Notes: generated from the letters alone by a model not told the origin. A DNA stretch of 64,000 nucleotides from Mobula hypostoma (GCF_963921235.1 NC_086108.1:91824001-91888000), one strand, 5' to 3'; shown: positions 48,131 through 61,309, counted from the stretch's first letter. Numbers and translations are program-made.

Positions 48131-50248
48131 CAGACTCAATGGGATGAGTGATCTAATTCTGCTCCTATGTTTATAGTCTTTCAGAATCAATTCAATAATT
48201 TCTACAGTTAGATATATTTCTATGTTGACATTTGATCAGGAATGTAAGAGATGTCTGCAATTATATTGGCAATCGGGCTGCTTTAGATGGATTAGCCAAG
48301 ATGCTGGATCAGGTCAGACAGCTTCATGTTGCTGGCATGAGAATGGATGTTTACAATCTATCTAATGTATGAGCCGCGTTTTCCCCCCGATGAGGTTTTT
48401 TTTTGTATTCTGCTTGATGGTTGTCCAGGAATTGAAGGCTCAGAGCATCTGTGCAGATAAATCCCACAAGCAAATACTAAACCCCGTAAACCTGTGTAAG
48501 GCCCCTGAAAACCTGCTCAGTGTTTTTCCTTTCTGCCTGTGGCGATAACCTTATGGCATTTCCCCATGGAGCTCTGCTGTTCTAGCAGGATTTTTCTTTC
48601 AAGTTTCTCCTGCATGTTTCGGCATTTTAATCCTTGGCCAGTGCCTACCTCTCATTCTTTGACCTGAAAAGTCAATGACCTCAGAAATATTTTGATCGCA
48701 GCAGAGTCATAAACTGGGAGAAAAAGGAACGGAAAGAAAATCTCCTTTTGCTCCTCTGAGGCCTGCATTCTTGATCAGCCTCACTACCAAACTTCCTTCA
48801 AAGGCTTGGCTGATTCTGATGGGTGTAAGAGTGTTCATTACTTTTGCTTGTTGGAAGACCTTGGAGTCTTCTTTGAGTAGAGAAAAACTGCTGAATGCAG
48901 TTATAAAAAATTCTATTTCCCATCATTATTGAGTATGCCTAACCATGGCTTAAGCAGTTCTTTACAAAATAGACAAGCTGTGGGCAAATTATAAGTCAGA
49001 TTGTAAAATAAAACACTTTTCAATTAATTTATTGTTTCAAACTGTTTGTCTCTACATATGTAACGTGATGAATGTGCAAAGTATGCTTGTTAGTATGATC
49101 CCACCTCTCAGTATGGAGTACTTTGATGTAAAATTAGAACAGTAGTTCCCAACTTTTTTTATGCCATGGAGCCTCGCCTTGGAGCCTTACCACTAACCGA
49201 GGGGTCCATGGACTCTGGGTTGGGAGTGCCTGGATAAGAGTATTGGGAGCAAGACTAGAGATTTAGAGGTGAAATTGGGGAAGGGTTTCAGAGCCTGTAC
49301 TCAAAAGGTCAGAGCCTGTATCCTAATGGGTCAGCTCAAAACATTGGTGAGGGCACTATGCTAATTGATGTAAGGAGTTCCAGCTGCTCTATAAGTAAGT
49401 GATGGTCCATGCAGAGCCCAACAATGGTCTAATTTCCTTTACAATATTCCAAAAGAGAGAGAAATATGTTCCTTCTGTATTCCACTCATCTGGAAATCAA
49501 ATTTGCTTACAATTCACACTGCCTCAGTAAAGCAGCCGGCATAATCAAAGACCTCACTTACCCCTGGCATTCTCTCTTCTCCCCTCTTCCATTGGACAGA
49601 AGATCTAAAAACCAGGAAGTACATAATACCAGACTGAAGGACGGCTTGTACCCGGCTGTCATAAGATGATTCCCAAGTGTGACAGGATGAAATCTTACCC
49701 TCACTAAGAACCTCATTAAGATCTCGCACTTTATTGTTCAGCAGCACTGCACTTTCTCTGTAGCTATTACCCTTTATTCTGCATTGTTATTGCTTTATCT
49801 TGTTCTGCCTCAATGCATTGTGTAATAATTTAATTTGTATGAACAGTATACAAGACAAACTTTTCACTGTATCTCAGTATGAGACAATAATAAACCAATT
49901 CCAATTCCAAAATCAGGCACATGTGTGATGATTCTTTGAAATAATCAGTTGAATTTCTGAAATGACATGAAAAAAGTCCAAAAATTGTGATTGCTACCTC
50001 TCACTGCAAGGGGAAATATTCAATATACTAGCACAGAAAACCAAAGAGTATTTCTTATTGGATTGCTGCTCACATGTGTCAGGAGTGTAAAAGCACAAGG
50101 AAATTCCCTGGAAACCACAACACCTATTTTTTTTAGTGCCCCAGTCAAGAAATATTTACTATACAAGAGTATTGAGGAAGTCAGATGAAGACTAAAGAGA
50201 GCACAAGTGCTGAAATGTAGAACAAAAACAGAATATTGGAAGATCTCA

Positions 50249-50454
50249 AACACGAGAAAATCTGCAGATGCCGGAAATTCAAGCAACACACACAAAATGC
50301 TGGTGGAATGCAGCAGGCCAGGCAGCATCTATAGGAAGTAGTACAGTCAACATGTCGGGTCGAGATCGAGATCGACCCAAAACTTTGACTGTACTTCTTC
50401 CTATAGATGCTGCCTGGCCTGCTGCGTTTCACCAGCATTTTGTGTGTGTTGTTT
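50249..50454. mobile_element. Inverted-repeat Penelope-derived mini-element
   Basis: Arms of about 85 bp; perfect 15-bp TSD TATTGGAAGATCTCA (50234-50248 and 50455-50469). Confidence 0.85.
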
Positions 50455-50881
50455 TATTGGAAGATCTCAGCAGGTTAAGCAGCGTCCATAGGAGCAAAAA
50501 GTGTAAGTGGATGGTATGGGTCGAGCCCGGAAGCCCTGCACTGGTATTGACAAAGTAATTGTTTTGTTATTTGCCAATTAAAAAAATACCCTTCACGAGA
50601 GCAATTTTCAGAGATACAGCAGGGTAAAATACAGTGGGCTCAGTATAACGAGCTGATAGGGCTGAAGATTAAATGTCCATGTCCTAGAATACAAGGTATG
50701 ATCTGCCCGACAATTCCACAATCCAATTTAATTCATTATTGCCACTGTGTCCTGATGATTCTGAGTACAGATTCTGCACCCAAGATCAATTGAGTTGATA
50801 CTTAATTTTATAATCAATGAAAAGAGGCCCGTTGAAAATTATTTTAAAACAATCTCCTAAAGCTGTATAGATTATTTATTT

Positions 50882-51063
50882 CGCAAACAACAGGAATTCT
50901 GCAGATGCTGGAAATTCAAGCAACACACATCAAAGTTGCTGGTGAACGCAGCAGGCCAGGCAGCATCTCTAGGAAGAGGTAGCAGGCCTGTACGTCGACT
51001 GTACCTCTTCCTAGAGATGCTGCCCGGCCTGCTGCGTTCACCAGCAACTTTGATGTGTGTTGC
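50882..51063. mobile_element. Inverted-repeat Penelope-derived mini-element
   Basis: Near-perfect arms of about 63 bp; 14-bp TSD TAGATTATTTATTT (50868-50881 and 51064-51077). Confidence 0.85.
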
Positions 51064-51374
51064 TAGATTATTTATTTGTTGAGCTACAGCATGGAGTGGG
51101 CCCTTCTGGCCCTTCGAGCTGCACCGCCCAACAATCCCCAATTTAATCTTAACCTAATCACAGGACAATTCACAATGGCCAGTTAACCAACCAACTGGCC
51201 TATGGACTGTGGGAGGAAATGGGAGCACCCAGAGAAAACCTGGGGAGAACATACAAACCCCTTATAGACATTGGCAGGAATTGAACTCAGGTCACTGATA
51301 CTGTAAAACGTTGTGCTAGCTACTACACTACCATGGCAGCCCATTATTAACATAGTTAACTTTAAACTTAGTGT

Positions 51375-51865
51375 GGAAACCATAGAAAGGGTGCAGAGGA
51401 GATTTACAAAGATGTTACCTGGATTGGGGAGCATGCCTTATGAGAATAGGTTGCGTGAACTCGGCCTTTTCTCCTTGGAACGATGGAGGATGAGAGGTGA
51501 TCTGATAGAGGTGTACAAGATAATGAGAGGCATTGATTGTTGGATAGTCGGAGGCTTTTTCCCAGGGCTGAAATGGCTAGCACAAGAGGGCATAGTTTTA
51601 AGGTGCTTGGAAATAGGTACAGAGGAGTTGTCAGGAGTAAGTTTTTTACGCAAAGAGTGGTGAGAGCATGGAACGGACTGCCGGCAGTGGTGGTGGAGGC
51701 GGAAATGATAGGGTCTTTTAAGAGACTCTTGAATGGCTACCTGGAGCTTAGAAAAATAGAGGGCTATGGGTAAAGCCTAGGTAGTTCTAAGGTAGGGACA
51801 TGTTCGGCACAGCTTTGTGGGCCAAAAGGCCTGTATCATGCTGTAGGTTTTCTGTGTTCCTATGT
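51375..51865 (+). mobile_element. CR1 LINE 3' fragment
   Basis: ERVQRRFTKMLPGL...LGLFSLE...QRVVRAWNGLP. Confidence 0.85.
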
Positions 51866-54800
51866 TACAAGGAAACCTATTCAGCTTTTACCGCCTAATG
51901 TACATTTACCAGGTGTCATCAAATGTCACAGCGACATTCACCAAATAAAGGCGACTAAAATGAACATTGACGCATCCATCAACTACCTACACACAGAAAT
52001 TTACAGTACTGGGGACCATTCAGTCTGTCACATCTGTGGTAGCTCTTTGAAAGAGCTTCTTCGCCCTGATCCCTGCCTCTTCTATTTTGTTTATCCATAA
52101 TCACGCATTCATGTAGCTCTCTCCAATTCACATTTCAGGTTACTTGTACTGACACAACTTTTCATAGAACATTTCTGACCCCAATATCACTGAAGGGTAC
52201 AAAAAGTTCTCATTTCTCCTCCAGAATTTTGATTATTAACCCACTCCTGAGAAGGATTGAATTTTCTATTCACTCTGTCAGAACTTTTCAACCAGTTGAG
52301 AACTTCTACATGGATTCCTCTTTACTTTCACTTTAGCAAGAACTGTTTAACTTGAGGAACAATTTTTCAGAGTTCACCTGTAGAGTGGGAATCTTGTGGT
52401 TGTATCTCACGAACATCACAGCAGTTCACCAGGAGTTACCTCATATTATAATTTTATGAGCAGGAAATCAAATACAGTTAAGCAACTATAGAAAGAAAAT
52501 TATTTTCTTTAGAGCAAAGCTATTTCCACAGGTGGGAGAGAATCCAGATCTTTGGCACAAACCTTGATTTGCTGCCAGAACTTTTGGAAGGTCAGACCTC
52601 GCCTACATGCAGAAGGTTGATGAAAGTATGCCTTTCCACAAGACAAAAATTGATGCTGCAGCAGCTGTTAATTTCAAATCTGATAATGGATAAAGGTGGG
52701 CTTGTGGAGTGAGGCCTCTTCAGCAACAGGCTTGTTAAATGACAGCACAACCTCAAGGTGTGAATCAGATCTTCCAGTTCCTACCTCCTTACATGCATTT
52801 ATATAGGATCCATATCACCTCAGGTTGCCTAACTATGCACGTTCAATGTAGAAACCACCACAGTCAATTTAAACACTGCAAGCTTGATTTAACATTTCAT
52901 CTGGAAAATTATATTTTGGACAGTACAGTAATCTCAGTACTTAATTGAGGTGACTCCTACAATTTTGGTGTAAGAATTCTGAGTGGGCCATGATCTCCAT
53001 AATCTTGTGACTCAGGGGCAAAAGAGCTATTTAAATGAAATACATATTAACCATTTAAATGATAAACTATTGAATGAGTTTAGAGTATACAACCACAATA
53101 ATTAACTTAAACATATCAGTAGTGTTGTTTTTAATTGTTTTATTTAAAACTGAAATATTTTAATCATGAATGAAATGTGCCTAAGAACTCAAAGCTATGA
53201 TCTCTGCCTTTTTATATATGTTTCAAAAAGTTCAGTAAGCTGTGAAGGATAGTCCAATTGAAACATCATCTGTATGTTATAGATGGAAAGTCAAGTTGAA
53301 AAAATAAAAAAGAGTAAAATGTATTTGAATAATAAACCCTTTGACAATTATGGAAAATCTAATAATAGTATGTTTGAAATATTAATTCTGTATGTTCTTC
53401 CTATGAACTTTTCCCAGGCTTAGATTTACAGTGGTACACCTGTTGTGCTGTAATTATACTCTACTGTCAAGCTGCATGATTTTGAAAAGTCAGTGAATTG
53501 TTCTCTGGTACAATTATCACTGCCTTCTAATCCCAGTTCACCTGCAGATTACACTCAGTTTTGATTCCTCATGAACAATGCCACAGGAGATTGACCATTA
53601 CTATATTAAAGGACTTATCACTGTGACTCAATTCTTGCAAATGTCACATTGGCTTTCTGTAATACATCGGACATCACAATTTATATGCTACATTTGTATA
53701 CCTTCCGATGCACACCGCAAACACCATACCGATCCCGAAACACTATCCCCTGCTTCCCTTCCACTTATATACAGTAGTGCATTACATACAATCTCATGCT
53801 CTTTGAATGCAAGGTTAAATGCACCTATGCTACCTTTAAGATACAAGTTCATTGCTTTTGTTTAAAATGTGACTGCTAAACGTGAAGATTTCACCCATGG
53901 ATTTCTTTATTAAGAGAAAATTAAATGTGAAAATTTTGACAGCAATACATTGCCTAAATGAGTGAAATAGATTTCAATAATGACTGATCCATAAAAATAT
54001 ATTCATCTTGTCCTCACATAAAGGTAATCCTGCCCAAGAAACAATCAATGTTAAAAGCAATGTGTGACACCTGAACCTTCTGCTCCTCAGAGGCTCCTCA
54101 TTTTCATTTGAATTAAGCCTCTGCTATTTTCTTCAGAGACTGTTTCAAGTCTTAATGTACCAAACAGATCACAAAAAGCTTAAGGCTTACAAGCTAATTA
54201 AAAAGGACCAGGTGTTGCAAAATAAATAACAGCATCTCCAATGCTCAGCAATAAGCCAGACTGATCATTGCACTGTTTGCTGTGTCCTTTAGAAATAGAA
54301 AACATGAATATTCAACTTGATTCTCTGTTCGGGTATTATAACAAATATAAAAATTTGGTTTCAATTATTTCATTTGGAGATGTAATAAGCAGAAGCAAAC
54401 AACAATTGATTTATTACATACAGAATTAGTTGCATTGCAAAATACATTTCCTGCACAAAATTGTTTATATTCCTGTAAGCACCATTACCAATAGACAATT
54501 GCGGTGAACAAGACAAAATCTTTGTTCAGAAATGAGGCAACAATCGAGGTAAACTTACAGAGACCTAATTATTCAGTGAAGCTCTACATAAAAAAGCTTT
54601 TCAAAATGATAACAGCTGAGAAATCACTCTCTCAGCCCCTACTGCTATGCCTACACCACCCACTCTTCTCATTGCCATTCATTATTCTAGGGATCACCTT
54701 AGTTCTTAGGGCACCACTACCACCTTGGTCTGAATCGTGGGTTCCTGTTTCACTCTGAAGACTTGAGTGCAAAACCATCTAGGTTGACATTTCAGTGCAG

Positions 54801-55451
54801 TGCTGAGGTAATGGTCCATTGTGAAAAGTCCATCAGACCATAAGATATAGGAGCAGAATTAGGCCATTCAGCCCATCAACTCTGCTCTGCTATCGTGGAT
54901 GATTTATTATCACCTTCAACCCCATCATCTTGCCTTCATTTTGTAACCTTTGACACCCTTACTAATCTAAAACCTATCAACCACCGTTTTACGGATACTC
55001 AATGACCTGACCTCCACAGCTGCCTGTGGCAACATACTTATAAGATTCTTCAGCTTAAGAAATCCCTCTTCATTTCTGTTCTAAGGGGACGTCTTTGTAT
55101 TCTGAGTCTGCGCCCTCTGGTGCTAGACTCTCCGACTCTGCAAGGACCTATCGTTCAAGTGAGATGTAAACCATCTCCACTCTTGAGGGGAAATAAAATA
55201 TCCATGAAACCATTTTAAAGAAGGGAAAGAAAACTCTTGGCCTTCAATCACAATCACTAATTATTTACCGCTCATTATCAAGGGTTGTATGTGTGAGATC
55301 ACTGCATGCAAGTTTGCTGTAATAGTTCGCAACTACATTTCAAAATTCTGAGGTCTGGGAAGAAGTCATCATTTTCCAAGGTCTCACTATGAATCTTTAT
55401 TGTCAGTATTGCACAGGAAGAAGGTTGAGAAAGGGATTTTGGTCAGAAGTT

Positions 55452-55633
55452 CTTTCCCCTTACTGGTTTTTCACCTGGAACCTACAAGCCTTCTCCTGCC
55501 CACCCTCCCCCCACCTTCTTTATAGGGTCTCTGCCCCTTCCCCCTACAGCCCTGACGAAGGGCTCCGGCCCGAAACATCGACTGATCGTTTCCACGGATG
55601 CTGCCTGACCTGCTGAGTTCCTCCTGCGTGTTG
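55452..55633 (+). mobile_element. Penelope-derived short element with hammerhead motif
   Basis: CTGACGA-A-GGGC TCCG GCCC-GAAA-C-ATC-GACTG at 55552-55584; duplicated flanks of about 26 bp (TGAGAAAGGGATTT...TCAGAAGTT). Confidence 0.8.
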
Positions 55634-56329
55634 TGAGAAAGGGATTTGTTTTTCAGAAGTTGGGGACAAGGAGCTCACAAGCTCTAGTGAGCAAATTAAA
55701 GATGACTGTAAGCTGAGCCTTCCAATGCAAGTAAACACAAGCGATGGCTGTGTCCTGCAGCTCAGATACTGAGGATGGGGTGAAACTGGTTTTGGAGTAG
55801 AAATGACAGAAGGTGAAGTTCCCCTTTAGTTCTGTAGATTAGAACCACTCCAGCAAGATGCTTGTTGGAGGCGAGGTGAAGCCTTGTAACAATTAAGACT
55901 GAAGGTAATGTAGGGGCAATGGTGCAGTTCACTTTACATCAGTCTTCACTCAGACTGGCTCTGTCGAGGACCCCTTCGTTAGATTTCATACCATCATGCA
56001 TGGAAATAAAGTGAGGATATATTGAAGAGGATGGCACACTGACCTACTCAGCTGCAAGGGTTAAAGGATTTAGAGGTCAAAAACATCCATATGTAATGAT
56101 TAATGCAGCTTTCTTGGAATTGTCTCTTGATGAAGATCTTGTTCTTGTGCATCTGGATGGATGGAATCCTCTCTGTGATTCAAACAGCAGGGAGGCCCCT
56201 CTTTGTTTATCATGGTAGCACTTATCTCCTTCCTTCAGCATGGTCAGATAGCATTTTCCCAGATTTGTGAGATGAAATTACAAAGTTTTTCATCAAAACG
56301 TTTCAGAACCTCAGCACAAACATCTTCAG

Positions 56330-56570
56330 AGAGGAGTCACCTCCGAGCAAACATAGGCATCCCTGAAGAAATTCACTAAATCTGCTGTGTGCACCAGCAT
56401 TGCCTTTGGGTGTCTGAGGAAAAGAGTGTTTGGCCGTCAAGACTTCAAACCTAGCACTAAACTTATGATTTACCAGATAGCAGTCAACCTTGCTATTCTA
56501 TCTGTATCTGAGACGTGGATTACCTTCAGTAATCATTTCAAAGCACTGGAGAGATACCACCACCATGGTC
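56330..56570 (+). mobile_element. RTE-clade LINE fragment
   Basis: AFGCLRKRVF...STKLMIY...SETW...KALERYH. Confidence 0.7.
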
Positions 56571-56704
56571 TAGGTGACATGCTACTAACTAAGAGTCTAC
56601 CCAGCTATTGGCATTCAATGGCATCAGTATGTGGTGGACAATGATGTGCTAAGCATACTGAGAAGTAACACACAGTAGTCAAGGCAAGGAGAAACGATAC
56701 TACT

Positions 56705-57460
56705 ACCTGATGGAATTTCATGCAAATGAGTGCGAGGTTTTGCACTTCAGTAGGACCAACCAGGGTACGGCACTGAGGAATGTGATAGAACAAAGGGATT
56801 TGGGAATACATGTCCATAATTCAATGAAAGTAGTGTCACAGGTAGAAAGGGTCATAAAAAAAAGAACTTTTGGCACATTGGCCTTCTTATTGAGTACAGG
56901 AGTTGGGATGTTATGTTGAAGCTGTATAAGATGTTGGTGAGGCCTATTTTGGAGAATTGTGTGTAGTTTTGGTCACCTACCTACAGGAAAAATGTAAACA
57001 AGGTTGAAAGACCATAGAGAAAATTTACAAGGATTTTGCCAGGTCTGGAGGACCTGAGTTATAAGGAAAGCATTCTTTAGGAAGTAGAGGAATGAGAGGA
57101 GATTTGAGTATATAAAATTACGAGGGGTATAGATAGGATAAATGTAAGCAGGCTTTTTCCACTGAGGTTGGGTGGGACTACAACCAGAGGTCATGGGTTA
57201 AGGGTGAAAGGTGAGAAGTTTAAGGGGAACATGAGGGGAAACTTCTTCACTCAGAGGGTCATGAGAGTGTGGAATGAGCTATCAGCAGAAGTGGTGCATG
57301 CAAGCTCGATTTCAACACTTAAGAGAAGTTTGGACAAGTACATGGATGGTAGGGGTGTGAAGGGTTATGGTCCTGGTGCTGGTGGATGGCAGTAGGCAAT
57401 TCAAATGGTTTTGTCATGGACTAGATGGGTTGAAGGGCCTGTTTCTGTGCTGTACTTCTC
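56705..57460 (+). mobile_element. CR1 LINE 3' fragment
   Basis: MEFHANECEVLHFSRTN...QRDLGIHVH; TRGHGLRV...QRVMRVWNEL. Confidence 0.85.
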
Positions 57461-57498
57461 TCTTCATGTGCAGGTGAATGGGAATGTTAAGGCTATAC

Positions 57499-57585
57499 CT
57501 TGAAGGAATGACAGAGGCTCGTCTGCTGCCCGTTACGGGAATAGTGGCTCTCCTGCTCAGAGACCTTCGGGCAGCTGACCTCAGC
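57499..57585 (-). CDS. Candidate 87-nt coding exon of an unidentified host gene or pseudogene
   Basis: Acceptor cctctctgtag, donor AAG|gtatag, length divisible by 3, two open frames (one is LRSAARRSLSRRATIPVTGSRRASVIPS). Confidence 0.4.
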
Positions 57586-58402
57586 CTACAGAGAGGCACC
57601 ACAGACAAATTCCAGAACAGACAATGAAAGAATATTCAAAAAGGAGTAGCTTATGGATGCTTGCGTTTTGCCTTGATTTAATTGAAAATACACTGCTATT
57701 TTTGTATTGTTGGAAGTCAAAGGGTGCAGAAACAGAGAGGACCATGCAATAACTGATGAAGAGGAAAGATAGGCTTTGTTCATCTTTTGTGGACTGCTGG
57801 AGCTTATGGCCCACCAGCAGAGAAAGGAATCAACGTTGAGCAACACACACACAAAATGCTGGAGTACACAACAGGTCAGGCAGCATCTATGGAGAGAAAT
57901 GGTTCATTTCCCTTCATAGGCGCAGCCTGACCAGCTGAGCTCCTCTAGCATTGAGTGTGTTCCTCAGGATTCCCAGCATCTGCTGAATTTCTTGTGTCTA
58001 AGGTGATCAATGTTACAGCTTCCCTCCCATTTTGTGCTCCTCTACTTCCCGTTGTATTACCTGCGCCCTTTCTTCCTTGTAGTCACACTCCTCAACCTCT
58101 CAGCTGATTGGGCAGTTACTTCATCACAGCTCAAAGCAACTTTTACAAATCTTGATTTCTATTTCACTGATAATAGATCCAGAACAACTTAATCTTTGAC
58201 GCTAAGCCTTCACCTGTCTTTCTTTATGCAGTGTTTCATAAACTCTGCTGTATTTATCCCCTGTGGTATCCAAGACATCCTCAAGGAGCTCAGAAAAGCA
58301 GTTTCCATCATCAAGTACCCCCACCACCTAGGACATGCCCTCTTGTCATTGTTACCGTAGGAAGGAAGTACAGAAGCCTGAAGGCACACACTCAAAGATG
58401 CA

Positions 58403-59391
58403 AATGTGTCCGACAGAGTGATTAGCAGCACTGGGGCTCCACAGGGGACTGTCTTGTCTCCCTTTCTCTTCACCATTTACACCTCAGACTTCAGCTACTG
58501 CACAGAATCTTGTCATCTACAGAAGTTTTCTGATGACTCTGCCATAGTTGGGTGCATCAGCAAGGGGGACGAGGCTAAGTACAGGGCTACGGTAGGAAAC
58601 TTTGTCACATGGTGTAAGCAGAATTATCTGCAGCTTAATGTGAAAAAGACTAAGGAGCTGGTGGTAGACCTAAGGAGAGCTAAGGTACCGGTGACCCCTG
58701 TTTCCATCCAGGGGGTCAGGGTGGACATGGTAGAGGATTACAAATACCTGGGGATACGAGTTGACAATAAACTGGACTGGTCAAAGAACACTGAGGCTGT
58801 CTTCAAGAAGGGTCAGAGCCATCTCTATTTCCTGAGGAGACTGAGGTCCTTTAACATCTGCCGGATGATGCTGAGGATGTTCTACGAGTCTGTGATGGCC
58901 AGTGCTATCATGTTTGCTGTTGTGTGCTGGGGCAGCAGGCTGAGGGTAGCAGACACCAACAGAATCAACAAACTCATTCGTAAGGCCAGTGATGTTGTGG
59001 GGATGGAACTGGACTCTCTGACGGTGGTGTCTGAAAAGAGGATGTTGTCCAAGTTGCATGCCATCTTGGACAATGTCTCCCATCCACTACATATTGTTCT
59101 GGTTGGGCACAGGAGTACATTCAGCCAGAGACTCATTCCACCGAGATGCAACACAGAGCGTCATAGGAAGTCATTCCTGCCTGTGGCCATCAAACTTTAC
59201 AACTCTTCCCTTGGAAGGTCAGACACCCTGAGCCAATAGGCTGGTCCTGGACTTATTTCATAATTTACTGGCATAATTTACATATTACTATTTAACTATT
59301 TATGGTTTTATTACTATTTATTATTTATGGTGCAACTGTAACGAAAACCAATTTCCCCTGGGATCAATAAAGTATGACTATGACTATGACT
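58403..59391 (+). mobile_element. Young 5'-truncated Rex1/Babar LINE with an open RT C-half (ORF 58406-59239), nested in an older Rex 3' end (58265-59710)
   Basis: STGAPQGTVLSPFLFTIYTSD...KFSDDSAIVG...LQLNVKKTKELVVD...YKYLG; (TATGAC)n tail. Confidence 0.92.
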
Positions 59392-60067
59392 AAGAACCAG
59401 CATCTTCCCCTCTGCCATCCAATTCTAAATGGACATTGAACCCATGAACACTACCTTCACTACCTTTTTCTGTTCTGGCACTATTTATCTCACTTAACTA
59501 TTTAATATACACACATAAACAGTTTTTTCTCTATGTTTATTATGTATTGCATTGTACTGCTGCCACAAAGTTAACAAATTTCATGACGTTCTGAATGCCA
59601 GTGATATTAAACCTGATTTTGTTTCTGATAAGTGCCTGTAAGAAAATGAATCTGAAGGCAGTATACAGTGACATATGTATACTTCAATAGTAAATTTATT
59701 TTGACTTCAACTTTGAAATAAATAACAGAAGCATTGGTTCAGGAAATGGGTAGTTTCTTCCATGTCCCTTGAGCAAGCATGCCTCTCTCTCCTTTGGTGA
59801 ATGCTCTAGCCAAAGGCTAGATTTACATAAAAGCGTGAGGACCAGCTCACTTCCCAGAAAAAGGTCATCCTGACCAGCCATAACCTGAAGCAACAACAGA
59901 GGCTTTCAAATTCAGCAAAAAAAAAATCACTACTGCATAGACCATTGTCTTTACTCCACATTAATGTTAGCCAAGTAAAGCTACAAAAATGCATCTAATT
60001 GTACCAACAGACAGGGAAATAGTAATTAATCAGTAATCACCTCTGAATAAAGTTGTAGTGAATTCTT

Positions 60068-60765
60068 CATAGAAACATAGAAACATAGAAAATAGGTGCA
60101 GGAGTAGGCCATTCGGCCCTTCGAGCCTGCACCGCCATTTATTATGATCATGGCTGATCATCCAACTCAGAACCCCACCCCAGCTTTCCCTCTATACCCC
60201 CTGATCCCCGTAGCCACAAGGGCCATATCTAACTCCCTCTTAAATATAGCCAATGAACTGGCCTCAACTGTTTCCTGTGGCAGAGAATTCCACAGATTCA
60301 CCACTCTCTGTGTGAAGAAGTTTTTCCTAATCTCGGTCCTAAAAGGCCTCCCCTTTATCCTCAAACTGTGACCACTTGTTCTGGACTTCCCCAACATCGG
60401 GAACAATCTTCCTGCATCTAGCCTGTCCAATCCCTTTAGGATTTTATACGTTTCAATCAGATCACCCCTCAATCTTCTAAATTCCAACGAGTACAAGCCC
60501 AGTTCATCCAGTCTTTCTTCATATGAAAGTCCTGCCATCCCAGGAATCAATCTGGTGAACCTTCTTTGTACTCCCTCTATGGCAAGGATGTCTTTCCTCA
60601 GATTAGGGGACCAAAACTGCATACAATACTCCAGGTGTGGTCTCACCAAGGCCTTGTACAACTGCAGTAGTACCTCCCTGCTCCTGTACTCGAATCCTCT
60701 CGCTATAAATGCCAGCATACCATTCGCCTTTTTCACCACCTGCTGTACCTGCATGCCCACTTTAT
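60068..60765 (-). mobile_element. Young CR1 LINE 3' fragment
   Basis: Open 202-aa ORF 60167-60775; (CATAGAAA)n tail. Confidence 0.9.
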
Positions 60766-61309
60766 GTTCAGTCATTCATTGGATGTGAATCACAGTGGCA
60801 AATCAGATGGAATCATGTATTGTTAGTACACAGAGGAGGCCACTTGAGTGTATCTGAGTCCATCTTTTATTTATTTTGGTTAGAGATACAGCACAGAATA
60901 GGTCCTTCTGGCCCTTTGAGCCATACATACCGCCCAGGAACCCCTGACAAACCCGATTTAAACTTAACCTAATCACGGGAACAATTTACAATGACCAATT
61001 AACCTGCCTGGTATGCTTTTAGACTGTAAATACATAAAGTTTATGAAACAAAATTATAAACCATTTGTTGGGTTACAGTTTGGCTACAGTATGCAGATCT
61101 TGTGACCAAAAATTAGGAAGGACATGATTACCCTGGAGAAGGTGCAGAGGAGGTTTATCAGTATGTTGCTTGGAATGGAGTGCTTTAGTCATGAAGAGAG
61201 ACTGATAACATGGGTTCCCTTTCCTTGGAGCAGAGAAGGCTGAGAAGGACCTGATAGAATTATACAAAATGTTGAGGAAAATAGAAAGGATATTGCAACA
61301 ATTGTTCCA

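Noticed and set aside
50249..51063. DNA-transposon MITEs or miRNA hairpins
   Set aside because: The arms match the Penelope pseudo-LTR and the TSDs are long and variable.
52400..54600. AT-rich unique stretch as a conserved enhancer or exon
   Set aside because: No motif or splice evidence I can support without alignments.
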